The position numbers and the translations under genes were made by a program. The notes beneath the pieces are model-generated. The model saw only the letters and a list, made by a program, of their open reading frames with translations, was not told the origin of the DNA and did not search any database. DNA of 63,933 bases, counting the filler, from Vicugna vicugna (Eukaryota): assembly GCA_013265495.1 (NCBI GenBank). It is 79 parts of 75 records of this genome, joined end to end, with 100 filler letters (N's around TTAATTAATTAA, not from the genome) between each part and the next. Parts side by side here need not be neighbours in the genome. Positions count along the whole stretch, not along the records: positions 38,362 to 39,128 come from PNXW01007506.1; positions 39,229 to 39,436 come from MU059071.1; positions 39,537 to 41,399 come from MU059073.1; positions 41,500 to 41,980 come from PNXW01007561.1; positions 42,081 to 42,896 come from MU059076.1; positions 42,997 to 43,348 come from MU059078.1; positions 43,449 to 43,683 come from MU059078.1; positions 43,784 to 44,561 come from PNXW01007569.1; 71 more parts are not named here. One strand, written 5' to 3'. Shown here piece by piece: positions 38,362 through 50,140 of this stretch (positions within the stretch are counted from its first letter, which is position 1; each line of letters starts with the position of its first letter).

Positions 38362-39128
38362 TGCATTCCATGTTCTAAATTCTGGGTTCTATATACTCTA
38401 TTCTATGTTATATATACTGTGTTCTAAATTCTATATTCTAAATACTATATTCAGTATTCTGTATTCTATATTCTAAATTCTGTGTTCTGCTTTCCTGTAT
38501 ATAAATTCTGTATTCACTATTCTGCATTCTATATTCTAAATTCTGTGTTCTGCAATCCATGTTCTAAATTCTGGTTTCTGTATTCTGTTTTCCATTTTTT
38601 ATATTCTGTGTTCTACATTCTATATTCTGTATTGTATATTCTTTATGCCTTATTCTCTATTCTGTGTTTTTCATTCTATATTCTGTATTCTATATTCTTC
38701 ATTCCGTATTCTATATCCTATATTTTGTGTTCTACATTCTATACTCTAAATTCTATATTCAGTATTCTGTATTCTATATTCCAAATTCTGTGTTCTGCAA
38801 TCCATGTTCTAAATTCTTGTTTTTGTATTCTGTTTTCCATTTTTTATATTCTGTGTTCTACATTCTATATTGTGTATTGTATATTCTATATGCCGTATTC
38901 TCTATTCTGTGTTTTTCATTCTATATTCTGTATTCCATATTCTGCATTCCGTATTCTATATTCTATATTCTGTGTTCTACGTTCTGTACTCTAAATTCTA
39001 TATTCAGTATTCTCTATTCTATATTCAAAATTCTGTGTTCTACATTGAATATTTTAATTCTATATTCTATATTCAAAATTCTGTGTTCTTCATTCTATAT
39101 TCTACATTCTATATTCTAAAATCTTTAT
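38362..39128 (-). repeat. Satellite family E with a 245-bp super-period
   Basis: ttctgtgttctgcaatccatgttctaaattct at 38541 and 38786. Confidence 0.93.
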
Positions 39129-39536
39129 NNNNNNNNNNNNNNNNNNNNNNNNNNNNNNNNNNNNNNNNNNNNTTAATTAATTAANNNNNNNNNNNNNNNN
39201 NNNNNNNNNNNNNNNNNNNNNNNNNNNNCAGCAGGGTTCTCATAGCTATAATGCCTCTAGGTGCTTTTGGATTTTATACCTAAATGTGTATGTTTGGTTT
39301 GTTTTCTCTTGTATTTTCCAAGAGAGGGATGTTACCCCTTGAAATGCCAACATTGGCCAGAAGGTGTCATTGGGAGTAAAGGGCACCACGTGCACAAGTG
39401 AATCCAAGGTTGGGGGTTATTTCATTTCTCCAATAGNNNNNNNNNNNNNNNNNNNNNNNNNNNNNNNNNNNNNNNNNNNNTTAATTAATTAANNNNNNNN
39501 NNNNNNNNNNNNNNNNNNNNNNNNNNNNNNNNNNNN

Positions 39537-41399
39537 GAGGGTATTTGTGGGATCAAAGTGTGATTCTTGTAACTGGTGATATTAAGAACCTACAAAGTCA
39601 AAGTAAATATTTCAGAGTGCATAGGTAACTTGTTTGGTGGTTGAAACATCAGTCATGCGCATGTTCACAACTCAGAAATTCATGTTTGAGGAATCCGTGA
39701 TNNNNNNNNNNNNNNNNNNNNNNNNNNNNNNNNNNNNNNNNNNNNNNNNNNNNNNNNNNNNNNNNNNNNNNNNNNNNNNNNNNNNNNNNNNNNNNNNNNN
39801 NNNNNNNNNNNNNNNNNNNNNNNNNNNNNNNNNNNNNNNNNNNNNNNNNNNNNNNNNNNNNNNNNNNNNNNNNNNNNNNNNNNNNNNNNNNNNNNNNNNN
39901 NNNNNNNNNNNNNNNNNNNNNNNNNNNNNNNNNNNNNNNNNNNNNNNNNNNNNNNNNNNNNNNNNNNNNNNNNNNNNNNNNNNNNNNNNNNNNNNNNNNN
40001 NNNNNNNNNNNNNNNNNNNNNNNNNNNNNNNNNNNNNNNNNNNNNNNNNNNNNNNNNNNNNNNNNNNNNNNNNNNNNNNNNNNNNNNNNNNNNNNNNNNN
40101 NNNNNNNNNNNNNNNNNNNNNNNNNNNNNNNNNNNNNNNNNNNNNNNNNNNNNNNNNNNNNNNNNNNNNNNNNNNNNNNNNNNNNNNNNNNNNNNNNNNN
40201 NNNNNNNNNNNNNNNNNNNNNNNNNNNNNNNNNNNNNNNNNNNNNNNNNNNNNNNNNNNNNNNNNNNNNNNNNNNNNNNNNNNNNNNNNNNNNNNNNNNN
40301 NNNNNNNNNNNNNNNNNNNNNNNNNNNNNNNNNNNNNNNNNNNNNNNNNNNNNNNNNNNNNNNNNNNNNNNNNNNNNNNNNNNNNNNNNNNNNNNNNNNN
40401 NNNNNNNNNNNNNNNNNNNNNNNNNNNNNNNNNNNNNNNNNNNNNNNNNNNNNNNNNNNNNNNNNNNNNNNNNNNNNNNNNNNNNNNNNNNNNNNNNNNN
40501 NNNNNNNNNNNNNNNNNNNNNNNNNNNNNNNNNNNNNNNNNNNNNNNNNNNNNNNNNNNNNNNNNGTGCCAAATGTCCGATTTTAGAACCTGGTGATAGA
40601 AAAAACTATGAAGTCCGAGTAAATATTTCTAAGCCTATATACACCTTGTTTGGTGGATGAAAGGTCAGTAATCCACATGCTCACAATCCAGAAACGTATG
40701 ATTGCTGAATCCGTCATATATGCAGCATGTACGGAACCCAGAATGCCATGTTGTTGGAATTCATGTAAATTACACATCTGTTAGGTGGAAATCGCTCAAG
40801 AACAATTTTTCTGTGAAAAATGGATGAATTTGAACTTGGTGTTAGGGAAAGCTTGTGAAAACGTGTACACGTGTCTAGATGAAAATATTCCTTTTATATA
40901 GGATGAAAGATTAGCAATCCACATGCTCTCAACTCAGAAATTCATGTTTGTCAAATCACGCATGTATGTAGCATTTAATGAAAATGGATTATCATGTAGA
41001 TGGAATGTATACAAATTACATATCTCTAGGTTAGAATTCGCTCCAAGAACTTTTTTCTGGGATCAAAGTGTGATTCTTGAAACTGGTGATAGGAAGAAGT
41101 TACGAAGTCAAAGTAAATGTTTCAGAGTGCAGAGGTAACTTGTTTGGTGGTTGAAATATCAGTCATGCCCATGTTCACAACTCAGAAATTGAAGTTTGAG
41201 TAATCCATGATGCATGAATCATGTTCGTAATACGGAATGCCGTGGTTATGTAAACAATGTAAATTACATGTGTATTGGTGGCATTTCGCTCAAAGAGTGT
41301 TTTCTGGTGCCAAATGTCCGATTTAAGTACCTGGTGATAGATAAATCTATGAACTCAGAGTAAATATTTCTTAGTGTATATACGCCTTGTTTGGTGGAT
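39537..41399 (+). repeat. Satellite family C, includes a complete 741-bp trimer
   Basis: gtgccaaatgtccgattt at 40566 and 41307; aaattac at 40767, 41013 and 41261. Confidence 0.95.
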
Positions 41400-41499
41400 N
41401 NNNNNNNNNNNNNNNNNNNNNNNNNNNNNNNNNNNNNNNNNNNTTAATTAATTAANNNNNNNNNNNNNNNNNNNNNNNNNNNNNNNNNNNNNNNNNNNN

Positions 41500-41980
41500 T
41501 ACTGAATATAGAATTTAGAATATAGTGTGAGGAACACAGAATATCGAATATAGAATAAAGAATATTGAACCCATAATATAGAACATGGAATGCAGAACAC
41601 AGAATTTACAATATAGAATACAGAATACTGAAGATAGAATTTAGAATATAGAATGTAGAACATAGTATAAAGAATATAGAATACGGAATGCAGAATATAG
41701 AATGTAGAATATAAAATGAAGAACACAAAATATAAAATATAGAATAGAGTATAGAACCCAGAATTTAGAACATTGAATGGCAGAACACTGAATTCAGAAT
41801 ATAGCATACAGAATACTTAATAAACAATTAAAAAATTGAATGTAGAACGCAGAATATAGAATATAATATACATAATACTGAATATATAAATTAGAATATA
41901 GAACTAGAAAACATAAAAAAAAATAGCTTAAAGAATTTTGAAGCAAAATTTGGAACATGGTTTGCAGAACATAGAATTTA
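41500..41980 (+). repeat. Satellite family E
   Basis: Heptamer array, degenerating toward the 3' end. Confidence 0.92.
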
Positions 41981-42779
41981 NNNNNNNNNNNNNNNNNNNN
42001 NNNNNNNNNNNNNNNNNNNNNNNNTTAATTAATTAANNNNNNNNNNNNNNNNNNNNNNNNNNNNNNNNNNNNNNNNNNNNCTTAGTTGGGGGACATTAAG
42101 GAATAGAATTGTAGTACTGACGGGGCTGAGGGAGTGGAAAAGTAAAGAAAAACTCCCAGATGTTTGTCACGGAAAACAGATGGGATAGTGATGCCATTGT
42201 TTGAAGAAGTAAACCTAGTTCTGAGCGAGTGTAAATCCAAACATACAGAGCTTGAGATTTTTATGGACTAATCAAGTGGGAATGTCTACTTGTCAATTAT
42301 AAGTATATTTCTGGGACTGAAATGAAATGTCCTTGCTGGGAAAGATTTGACAGATAATCAGTGGACAGAGAGAAGTTGAAGCAACGGGAATAAATGCCAC
42401 CCACTGACATTTTTATCAAAGAAAAGGGAAGAGGGCACTTCTGGTTCAGAAAATATGGCAGACCNNNNNNNNNNNNNNNNNNNNNNNNNNNNNNNNNNNN
42501 NNNNNNNNNNNNNNNNNNNNNNNNNNNNNNNNNNNNNNNNNNNNNNNNNNNNNNNNNNNNNNNNNNNNNNNNNNNNNNNNNNNNNNNNNNNNNNNNNNNN
42601 NNNNNNNNNNNNNNNNNNNNNNNNNNNNNNNNNNNNNNNNNNNNNNNNNNNNNNNNNNNNNNNNNNNNNNNNNNNNNNNNNNNNNNNNNNNNNNNNNNNN
42701 NNNNNNNNNNNNNNNNNNNNNNNNNNNNNNNNNNNNNNNNNNNNNNNNNNNNNNNNNNNNNNNNNNNNNNNNNNNNNNN

Positions 42780-42896
42780 TAAGTTTGTTATGCTGTGGGT
42801 CTGTTTCTCTTTTGTAGTTAAATTCATGTGTGTCTTTTTTTAGATTTCACGTATAAGTGATATCATATGGCATTTTTCTGGCTTTCTTCACTTAGA
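42780..42896 (-). mobile_element. LINE-1 3' UTR fragment
   Basis: tagatttcacgtataagtgatatcatatgg...cttcacttag. Confidence 0.75.
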
Positions 42897-43089
42897 NNNN
42901 NNNNNNNNNNNNNNNNNNNNNNNNNNNNNNNNNNNNNNNNTTAATTAATTAANNNNNNNNNNNNNNNNNNNNNNNNNNNNNNNNNNNNNNNNNNNNTCAC
43001 ACGTTGTCATAGAAGTGATTAGACATGGACCCCTTCGGGGAGCCATAATTTAGCCTACAGCAAGAAATACACAAGAACACCTGCCATAA

Positions 43090-43348
43090 GCATCCACATG
43101 AATAGACGATCACTAAGTGGAATTTATTCCAGGAATGCAAGCCTGGTTCAATAGTCACAAATCAACACCGTAACCTACCCTATGAAGAGTCTAAAGAAGA
43201 GAACCCATGCAGTCACATCAATTAATACAGAAAAAGCATTAAACAAAATTCAACACCCATTCATATAAAAAATGCTCAGAAACTAGGGGTAGAAGGGCAC
43301 TGCCTCAACCTAACAAAGAACATCCGCAAAACACCCACATCCCACATC
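43090..43348 (+). mobile_element. Decayed LINE-1 ORF2 reverse-transcriptase domain fragment
   Basis: Encodes FIPGMQAWFN and EKALNKIQHPF, matching L1 RT motifs GFIPGMQGWFN and EKAFDKIQHPF. Confidence 0.88.
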
Positions 43349-44195
43349 NNNNNNNNNNNNNNNNNNNNNNNNNNNNNNNNNNNNNNNNNNNNTTAATTAA
43401 TTAANNNNNNNNNNNNNNNNNNNNNNNNNNNNNNNNNNNNNNNNNNNNAGGGACTACAAGTCCCAAGCCTCGATATTTATATTCTTCAAAAGCTGTTACT
43501 GTGGGGGGTATGGAGTCAAATCAGACTGAACCTTGGTGTTGAGATCCTCATCTTTGAGATACTGACTGGTCTTGGTACACCCTCAACAGCTGGGGGCTGT
43601 CAAAATAAAATTAGCTGCTTGGATAATCACAGTTTCACTGACAACCAAGAGTAGGCAGGGCTAACTGACAAAGTTCATCTCCCNNNNNNNNNNNNNNNNN
43701 NNNNNNNNNNNNNNNNNNNNNNNNNNNTTAATTAATTAANNNNNNNNNNNNNNNNNNNNNNNNNNNNNNNNNNNNNNNNNNNNCTTTCTGCACAAGGTAT
43801 TCTGAGATCCATGAAATAAATACACACACGTTCTATATCCATTCACAAAAGTGAAGTTGAGACATGACAATTTTCTGGAACATTCCATGAAACATTATCC
43901 TCTGATTTTATCTAGCTTGCCTCATTGTGGCGAGAGATCACTAAAACATACTGTTTAATAGGGAAAAAAAGTTAACTTCTGTGAGAAAAGAGGTATAATT
44001 CTCAACTTCTCTAAGGGTAAATATTATAAGAAAAAAAAAATGGCAGAATGAAAGTCAACATTTAAGAAACAAGTGCATTATAAATAAAAGTGAAATTATA
44101 ATGAAGATGCAAAAGAAAGCTGTCCCTGAAAAGCTGGTGGCCTGCAACACTCTGCGCTGCACGTTCATGGCCGATGTGCTGAATTTCATACATAC

Positions 44196-44348
44196 TGGGT
44201 TTGCAGTTTGATGTGGCTTCCTCTCTCCATCCTGTCTCTTATTTTCTGAAGTAGTTTGATGATGTGCTGTCACCTCCAGGGATGCTTCCAACATGGACAC
44301 TTTCTTTCGGGTGTCAGCCAGCTCTTGCTGAAGCTGTCTCATACGGGC
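44196..44348 (-). CDS. Internal 153-nt coding exon of an ANKRD26-family (ANKRD26/CCDC144-like) coiled-coil gene or paralogue
   Basis: ARMRQLQQELADTRKKVSMLEASLEVT matches the ANKRD26 motif RQLQQELADTLKKQSMSEASLEVT; acceptor ttatctttttAG and donor GTatgt; 51 codons, phase 0-0, no stop. Confidence 0.85.
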
Positions 44349-44661
44349 CTAAAAAGATAACTCTGTTATTGAATTTTCAGTCACCTTATCATTAAGTTAC
44401 ATTAATAATATATAACTCCAACAAATGGGCTTTGAGAACTATCCCCACAGACATCAGTTCACCTTTTCCTCATAGACACACATTCCTGTTTGCTGAATTT
44501 CATTAAACACACAGGTGTGACCCTCCTGCCTTACCGACAGGAAGTTAACTTAGACAATGGANNNNNNNNNNNNNNNNNNNNNNNNNNNNNNNNNNNNNNN
44601 NNNNNTTAATTAATTAANNNNNNNNNNNNNNNNNNNNNNNNNNNNNNNNNNNNNNNNNNNN

Positions 44662-45162
44662 CAGTTATCCTGAGTGTGGGCAGCCTCCTCCTACTGACAG
44701 CAGGGCTTGGTTCTTATAAAATCACTTAACTTGTCAACACTGTTTGGTTGCCTGATACGGAGTGCTGGAGAAAGGGTGGGTTGGGCTCTAAATCCAAGTA
44801 TTAGCGAGTGCTTCTCCATGGGATTTGGAGGTTATTAACCAAAAACCCACAAAACAAAATGGGAATACCTGTGCTCCTTGAAAAAAGCATTTACACTGTA
44901 TCCACACCACCAGAACACACATGAAGAAGTTTTCTCCTATCCTGAGTGTGGACTGGCAATTTCAGGTGACAGAAGTGGCTGGGATCTAATAGAATCCCTT
45001 AGCTTGTAATCCCTGAGTGTTTCCCTAGGACTGACTCTGAGAGAAAACTGGGGGTTGGGCTTTGAGGCCAAATAATAGCGAGTGCCCCGATGGAGTGAGG
45101 AATTATTTAGATGAATTCCCATAAAGGGAAACACCTGAGCACCCATTCATCTGCGTGGAGTG
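44662..45162 (-). repeat. Satellite family B
   Basis: Aligns to 54932-55378. Confidence 0.9.
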
Positions 45163-45262
45163 NNNNNNNNNNNNNNNNNNNNNNNNNNNNNNNNNNNNNN
45201 NNNNNNTTAATTAATTAANNNNNNNNNNNNNNNNNNNNNNNNNNNNNNNNNNNNNNNNNNNN

Positions 45263-45855
45263 AGGTTTTATTTCTTAATCTGCATCTTAAGGAACTTATG
45301 TAATGAATGTTTTCACGAGTTTCTAGAACTCTCCATTGCCGAGACAGAAAACATACTAGATATATTCTAAATTTAGCTATCATGTGCATCTTTTCTTTGC
45401 TTTTGTTTTGTTAACTGCTAACAGACACTTTTTAATTAAAAAATAAAATAAGGCCAAAAATAGGATAGAAAATTGAAGGGGCAAAAGGGCAAACAAAATT
45501 TAAGGCCAAAGACAGAAAAATGATAAGTACCCTACAAAGTTAATAGAATACATACACTATGGATCAGATCAGCAATTCTCAGTAACAGCTAATTGAAAAC
45601 TGACCATGAGGTAAAACGTCTCTCCTGTCCGGAGATGGCCAACAGAAAATAGAATTAAACCAACAAACAAAAATTCTAAGTCTGGCGAGGTTGAGAAATC
45701 TACTAGCTAAATGTATCTTCTTCTGGAAAAGAGGGAGACTCACCAGCTCTTTTCTGTGGAGCCTGAGCACAGGGAATGTTGGTGAAGTGAGCTCTGTGAG
45801 TACCCAATTTGCAAAGTGAGTGATGAATAAAGAGACGTGAGCTTTGATGACAGAG
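45263..45855 (+). repeat. Multicopy duplicated segment, copy 3
   Basis: Aligns to the reverse complement of 31430-31969 and to 3076-3250. Confidence 0.88.
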
Positions 45856-45955
45856 NNNNNNNNNNNNNNNNNNNNNNNNNNNNNNNNNNNNNNNNNNNNT
45901 TAATTAATTAANNNNNNNNNNNNNNNNNNNNNNNNNNNNNNNNNNNNNNNNNNNN

Positions 45956-46936
45956 GCGCCGCCCGACGGTATTCCGGGTTCTCTTTCATGACGGCAACTC
46001 AGTCCCCGGGTGGCTGGGCTACAACAAGAGCCAGACTCCGTGGAGGGACGGACAGAGTCACCAGGTGGCCGTCCGGACAAAGTAGGAACCCCCGGGAGGT
46101 ATCGGGTCCTGTCCCATTGGACAGAAGAGGAGGCTGATCCCCTCCTATAGGCTCTCCGTCTGATGGTTTTTCAGACGGGGAATCAGGAATCAGGTCAGGA
46201 ATCAGGTCCTGTCCCAGTGGACAAAAGAGGAGGCTGATCCCCTCCTACATAAAACAGGATATTGGTATTGGTGGGAGGAATGTTGTTAACCTCTATGTGT
46301 GTGTATGAGTAAATGAGCGGCCTGTAAAGCATGCGATCAGTCTGAAGTTTGTAGCTCCACGGCTTTCTGCTACAGAGTCCGAGTGAGTCCCAACCTGCGG
46401 TTCCGTGGTGACCTCATACGGCTCAGGGCGGTATCGGTCCCTCAGGGTCCCGATCAGAGTCAGCGGCTTATACTGACCCGCCAAAGCTAAGAGGCACCTT
46501 CGTCCCCGCGAGGGGAGCGGCCAGGCGGATGCAACGAAAACCCTCCCTTGTCTTTTCTGCGACACCGGCACAGGGTGGCTACACTGGGAGGAAAAAGGAC
46601 ATAGACAGCCGATAAGTCAACGCCCCTGTGCCCTCGGAGGCTAAGNNNNNNNNNNNNNNNNNNNNNNNNNNNNNNNNNNNNNNNNNNNNNNNNNNNNNNN
46701 NNNNNNNNNNNNNNNNNNNNNNNNNNNNNNNNNNNNNNNNNNNNNNNNNNNNNNNNNNNNNNNNNNNGAAGACGAATCAGGACCAGGCTTGCCCGGCCCT
46801 GGAGGTCCCTTTTCTAGTCCATTTGTTTTGCCATCTGCCGTCAGTCCCATGACCCTGATACGTTAGTTCAGGATATAGAGAGGATTTAATTAAAAAAGTC
46901 CCTGGAACTGCTTGAGGTCTTGAGCTCCAGAGACAT
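45956..46936 (+). mobile_element. Probable endogenous retrovirus internal 5' leader (class I-like), CpG-rich
   Basis: CpG-rich non-coding sequence with duplicated hairpins, a gtgtgtgt tract and text resembling gammaretrovirus-like leaders; no LTR, PBS or gag ORF visible. Confidence 0.5.
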
Positions 46937-47036
46937 NNNNNNNNNNNNNNNNNNNNNNNNNNNNNNNNNNNNNNNNNNNNTTAATTAATTAANNNNNNNN
47001 NNNNNNNNNNNNNNNNNNNNNNNNNNNNNNNNNNNN

Positions 47037-47553
47037 GCTCTTTTTTTGATTAGGTTTTTGTTTTTCACATTGAGTTGTGTAACCTAAATCCATCTTACAT
47101 CTATTAACCTACATCTATTAACCCCTGCTCACTTGCATTGTTTGCATATATGTTCTCCCATTACACAAGCAGTGTTTTCATTTCATTCACACTGTCTGTA
47201 GTTGTGCAGAAATTTTCAAGTTTATTTAGGTCCCACTTGCTTATTTTTGCTTTTATTTCTTTTTCCTTAGGAGACTGATATAAGAAAATATTCCTATAAT
47301 ATATATCCAATAGAGTATATCCTATATTCATTTCAAGTAGTTTTGTAGTATCAGGTCTTACATTTAGGTCCTTAAANNNNNNNNNNNNNNNNNNNNNNTT
47401 TGTATATGAGGGGATGCTCTAAATTCACTGTTTTACATGTAGATGTCCAGCTTTCCAAACACCATGCATTGACGAGACTGTCTTTTCTCCATTGTGTACT
47501 CTTGCCCCTTTATCATTGATTTGTTGCTCATAGGTGTGTGGAATTATTTCTAG
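47037..47553 (-). mobile_element. Decayed LINE-1 ORF2 fragment
   Basis: taggtcccacttg.ttatttttgcttttatttc, tcaggtcttacatttaggtc, gagactgtcttttctccattg; paralogous to 55479-55800. Confidence 0.85.
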
Positions 47554-47653
47554 NNNNNNNNNNNNNNNNNNNNNNNNNNNNNNNNNNNNNNNNNNNNTTA
47601 ATTAATTAANNNNNNNNNNNNNNNNNNNNNNNNNNNNNNNNNNNNNNNNNNNN

Positions 47654-47919
47654 AAATAAGTATATTTTTCTAAACAAAATCATTAATGAGAGGAATAGAA
47701 GTGATTTTAATTTCTGTAAATCTCTTTTGGATTGGTGAGAGATGAATTCTATCTGCCTCTACATTACCTGTTTTGTGATATCACAGACCAGGTTTTCCCT
47801 GGAAAACCCCACAGGAAACTCGGGAGTGCAAGAGTGTGCAAAAGGCAGGTGACTACCCGGCGTTTCTACTAAAATAGTCTTGCATCTCAGGGGCCTCGGA
47901 CTCACTTTGATAACTACTG
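47654..47919 (+). mobile_element. hAT-Charlie DNA transposon remnant (Charlie1/MER119-like end)
   Basis: aaatctcttt...tgtgatatcac...ctggaaaac..cac...aaaaggca...aaaatagt..cactttgataactactg follows the Charlie1-family terminus. Confidence 0.6.
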
Positions 47920-48289
47920 TCCTACCCTAGGCGAGACTCTCCTACACAAGAGCCAGACAAGGGTCCTGGCTTCTTTAATGAGTTACCACAAAACATCCCT
48001 CTCTGTGTTAATGTTTCCCACAACCTCCATTACTGCAGATGAGGATGTAATCCTCAACTGGGGCCCCTAATCCCAGAAGACTACCAATCTTGAGAGGGAG
48101 GGCCCATCTACCATCCCTACACCCTGCACAGTCTATTTGGAGTCAAGCCCTAGATAACTGCTAATTTACACTGACCCTTGTCTTATTCCTGAGTTTTATC
48201 GAAGGAGCCAACATCTGGATGGAATTGAAATTTCCCTGCAGATAAACAAGGATGATAAACCACCCTATTCCAACACCTATTCTGGGGCT

Positions 48290-48509
48290 CTTCAAAACCC
48301 GGGTAAGGCCCCGCTTCATAAAAGACGGGTCCTCCACCTGCCCTTCCCGGGAGTTCTGGGAGGCCTCGGCCACGCAGGGCTACCCGGACTCGCGGTCCCA
48401 GCCCCAGCGCCCGAGGGGGAGGAAAGTCCGAGGCTGTGCCCCAGCCCTGTCCCCCCCACCCCAGCCCGCTCCCCGGCACCACAGCCCTCCCCGGCCGCCA
48501 CCCCAACCT
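48290..48509. promoter_or_regulatory. Edge of a CpG island with C-rich tracts
   Basis: GC and CpG density rise toward the scaffold end. Confidence 0.4.
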
Positions 48510-48609
48510 NNNNNNNNNNNNNNNNNNNNNNNNNNNNNNNNNNNNNNNNNNNNTTAATTAATTAANNNNNNNNNNNNNNNNNNNNNNNNNNNNNNNNNNN
48601 NNNNNNNNN

Positions 48610-49032
48610 ATTAGATCCCAGGTGCTGCTGTCAGTTGGAGGAGCCATCCCACACCCAGGATACCAGAAAAGTTCTTCATGTGTGTCCTTGAGGTGGCGAA
48701 ACAAAGTCCACGTTTATTTATTGGATCACAGGTTTTCCCAGGTTGGGGATATAGGTAAACTCTTCCACTGCTCATAGAGAGGCACTCGCTATTACTTTGG
48801 TTTAGTGCCCAAAATCGCGGCCAAAGGAAACAATCAGGGATGTCAATCCAAAAGATTCTATTAGATCCCAGGTGCTGCCATCAGTTTGAGAAGCCTCCCC
48901 ACATTTAGGATAACCGAATAGTTCTTCTTGTGTGTGCTGGAGTTGGGGAAACAGATCAACACATCATGCAAGGGGCACAGGTATTCTCAGGTTGTGGATT
49001 GCACTTTAAATTCCTCCACATCCCGTGGAGAG
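48610..49032 (+). repeat. Satellite family B
   Basis: Near copy of 15157-15560 with a ~15-nt deletion near 48812. Confidence 0.9.
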
Positions 49033-49132
49033 NNNNNNNNNNNNNNNNNNNNNNNNNNNNNNNNNNNNNNNNNNNNTTAATTAATTAANNNNNNNNNNNN
49101 NNNNNNNNNNNNNNNNNNNNNNNNNNNNNNNN

Positions 49133-50140
49133 ATTTGAACAGATTCCATCTACATGATATTCCGTGTTCCACATGCTTCATACATGACGGATTTGACAAA
49201 AATGCATTCCTGATTGAGAGCATGTGGATTAATAATCTTTCATCCTCTATAAAAGGAATATTTTCATCTAGACATGTGTACACATTTTCACAATCTTTCC
49301 CTAACAGCAGGTTCGAATTCGTGCATTTTTCACAGAAAAATAGTTCTGGAGCGATTTCCAACAAACAGATATGTAATTTACATGTATTCCAACAACATGG
49401 CATTCCGGGTTCCGTACATGCTACATGTATGACGGATTTGGCAATCATGCGTTTCTGACTTGTGAGCATGTGGATTACAGAACTATCACCCTTCGAACAA
49501 GGCGTATATAGACTTCGAAATATTTACAGTGACTTCATAGGTTTTTCCTATCACCAGGGTCTAAAATCGGACATTTGGCACCAGAAAACACTCTTTGAGC
49601 GAATTCTCACCAATACACATGTAATTTACATTGTTTACATAACCATGGAATTCCGTATTACGAGCAGGTTTCATGCATCATGGATTCCTCAAACATGCAC
49701 TTCTGAGTTGTGAACATGCGCATGACTGATGTTTCAACCACCAAACAAGTTACCAGTGCACTCTGAAATATTTACTTTGACTTNNNNNNNNNNNNNNNNN
49801 NNNNNNNNNNNNNNNNNNNNNNNNNNNNNNNNNNNNNNNNNNNNNNNNNNNNNNNNNNNNNNNNNNNNNNNNNNNNNNNNNNNNNNNNNNNNNNNNNNNN
49901 NNNNNNNNNNNNNNNNNNNNNNNNNNNNNNNNNNNNNNNNNNNNNNNNNNNNNNNNNNCTGAGTTGAGGTCATCTGGATTAGTAATCTTTCCTCCTCTAT
50001 AAAAGTAATATATTCATCTAGACACGTGTATACATTTTCAGAAGCTTTTCCTAAAACCATGTTCGAATTCGTGCATTTTCACAGAAAAACATTTATGGAG
50101 CGATTTCCACCTAATAGGTATGTAATTTAAATGTATTCCA
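49133..50140 (-). repeat. Satellite family C
   Basis: Reverse complement of the C trimer. Confidence 0.92.
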
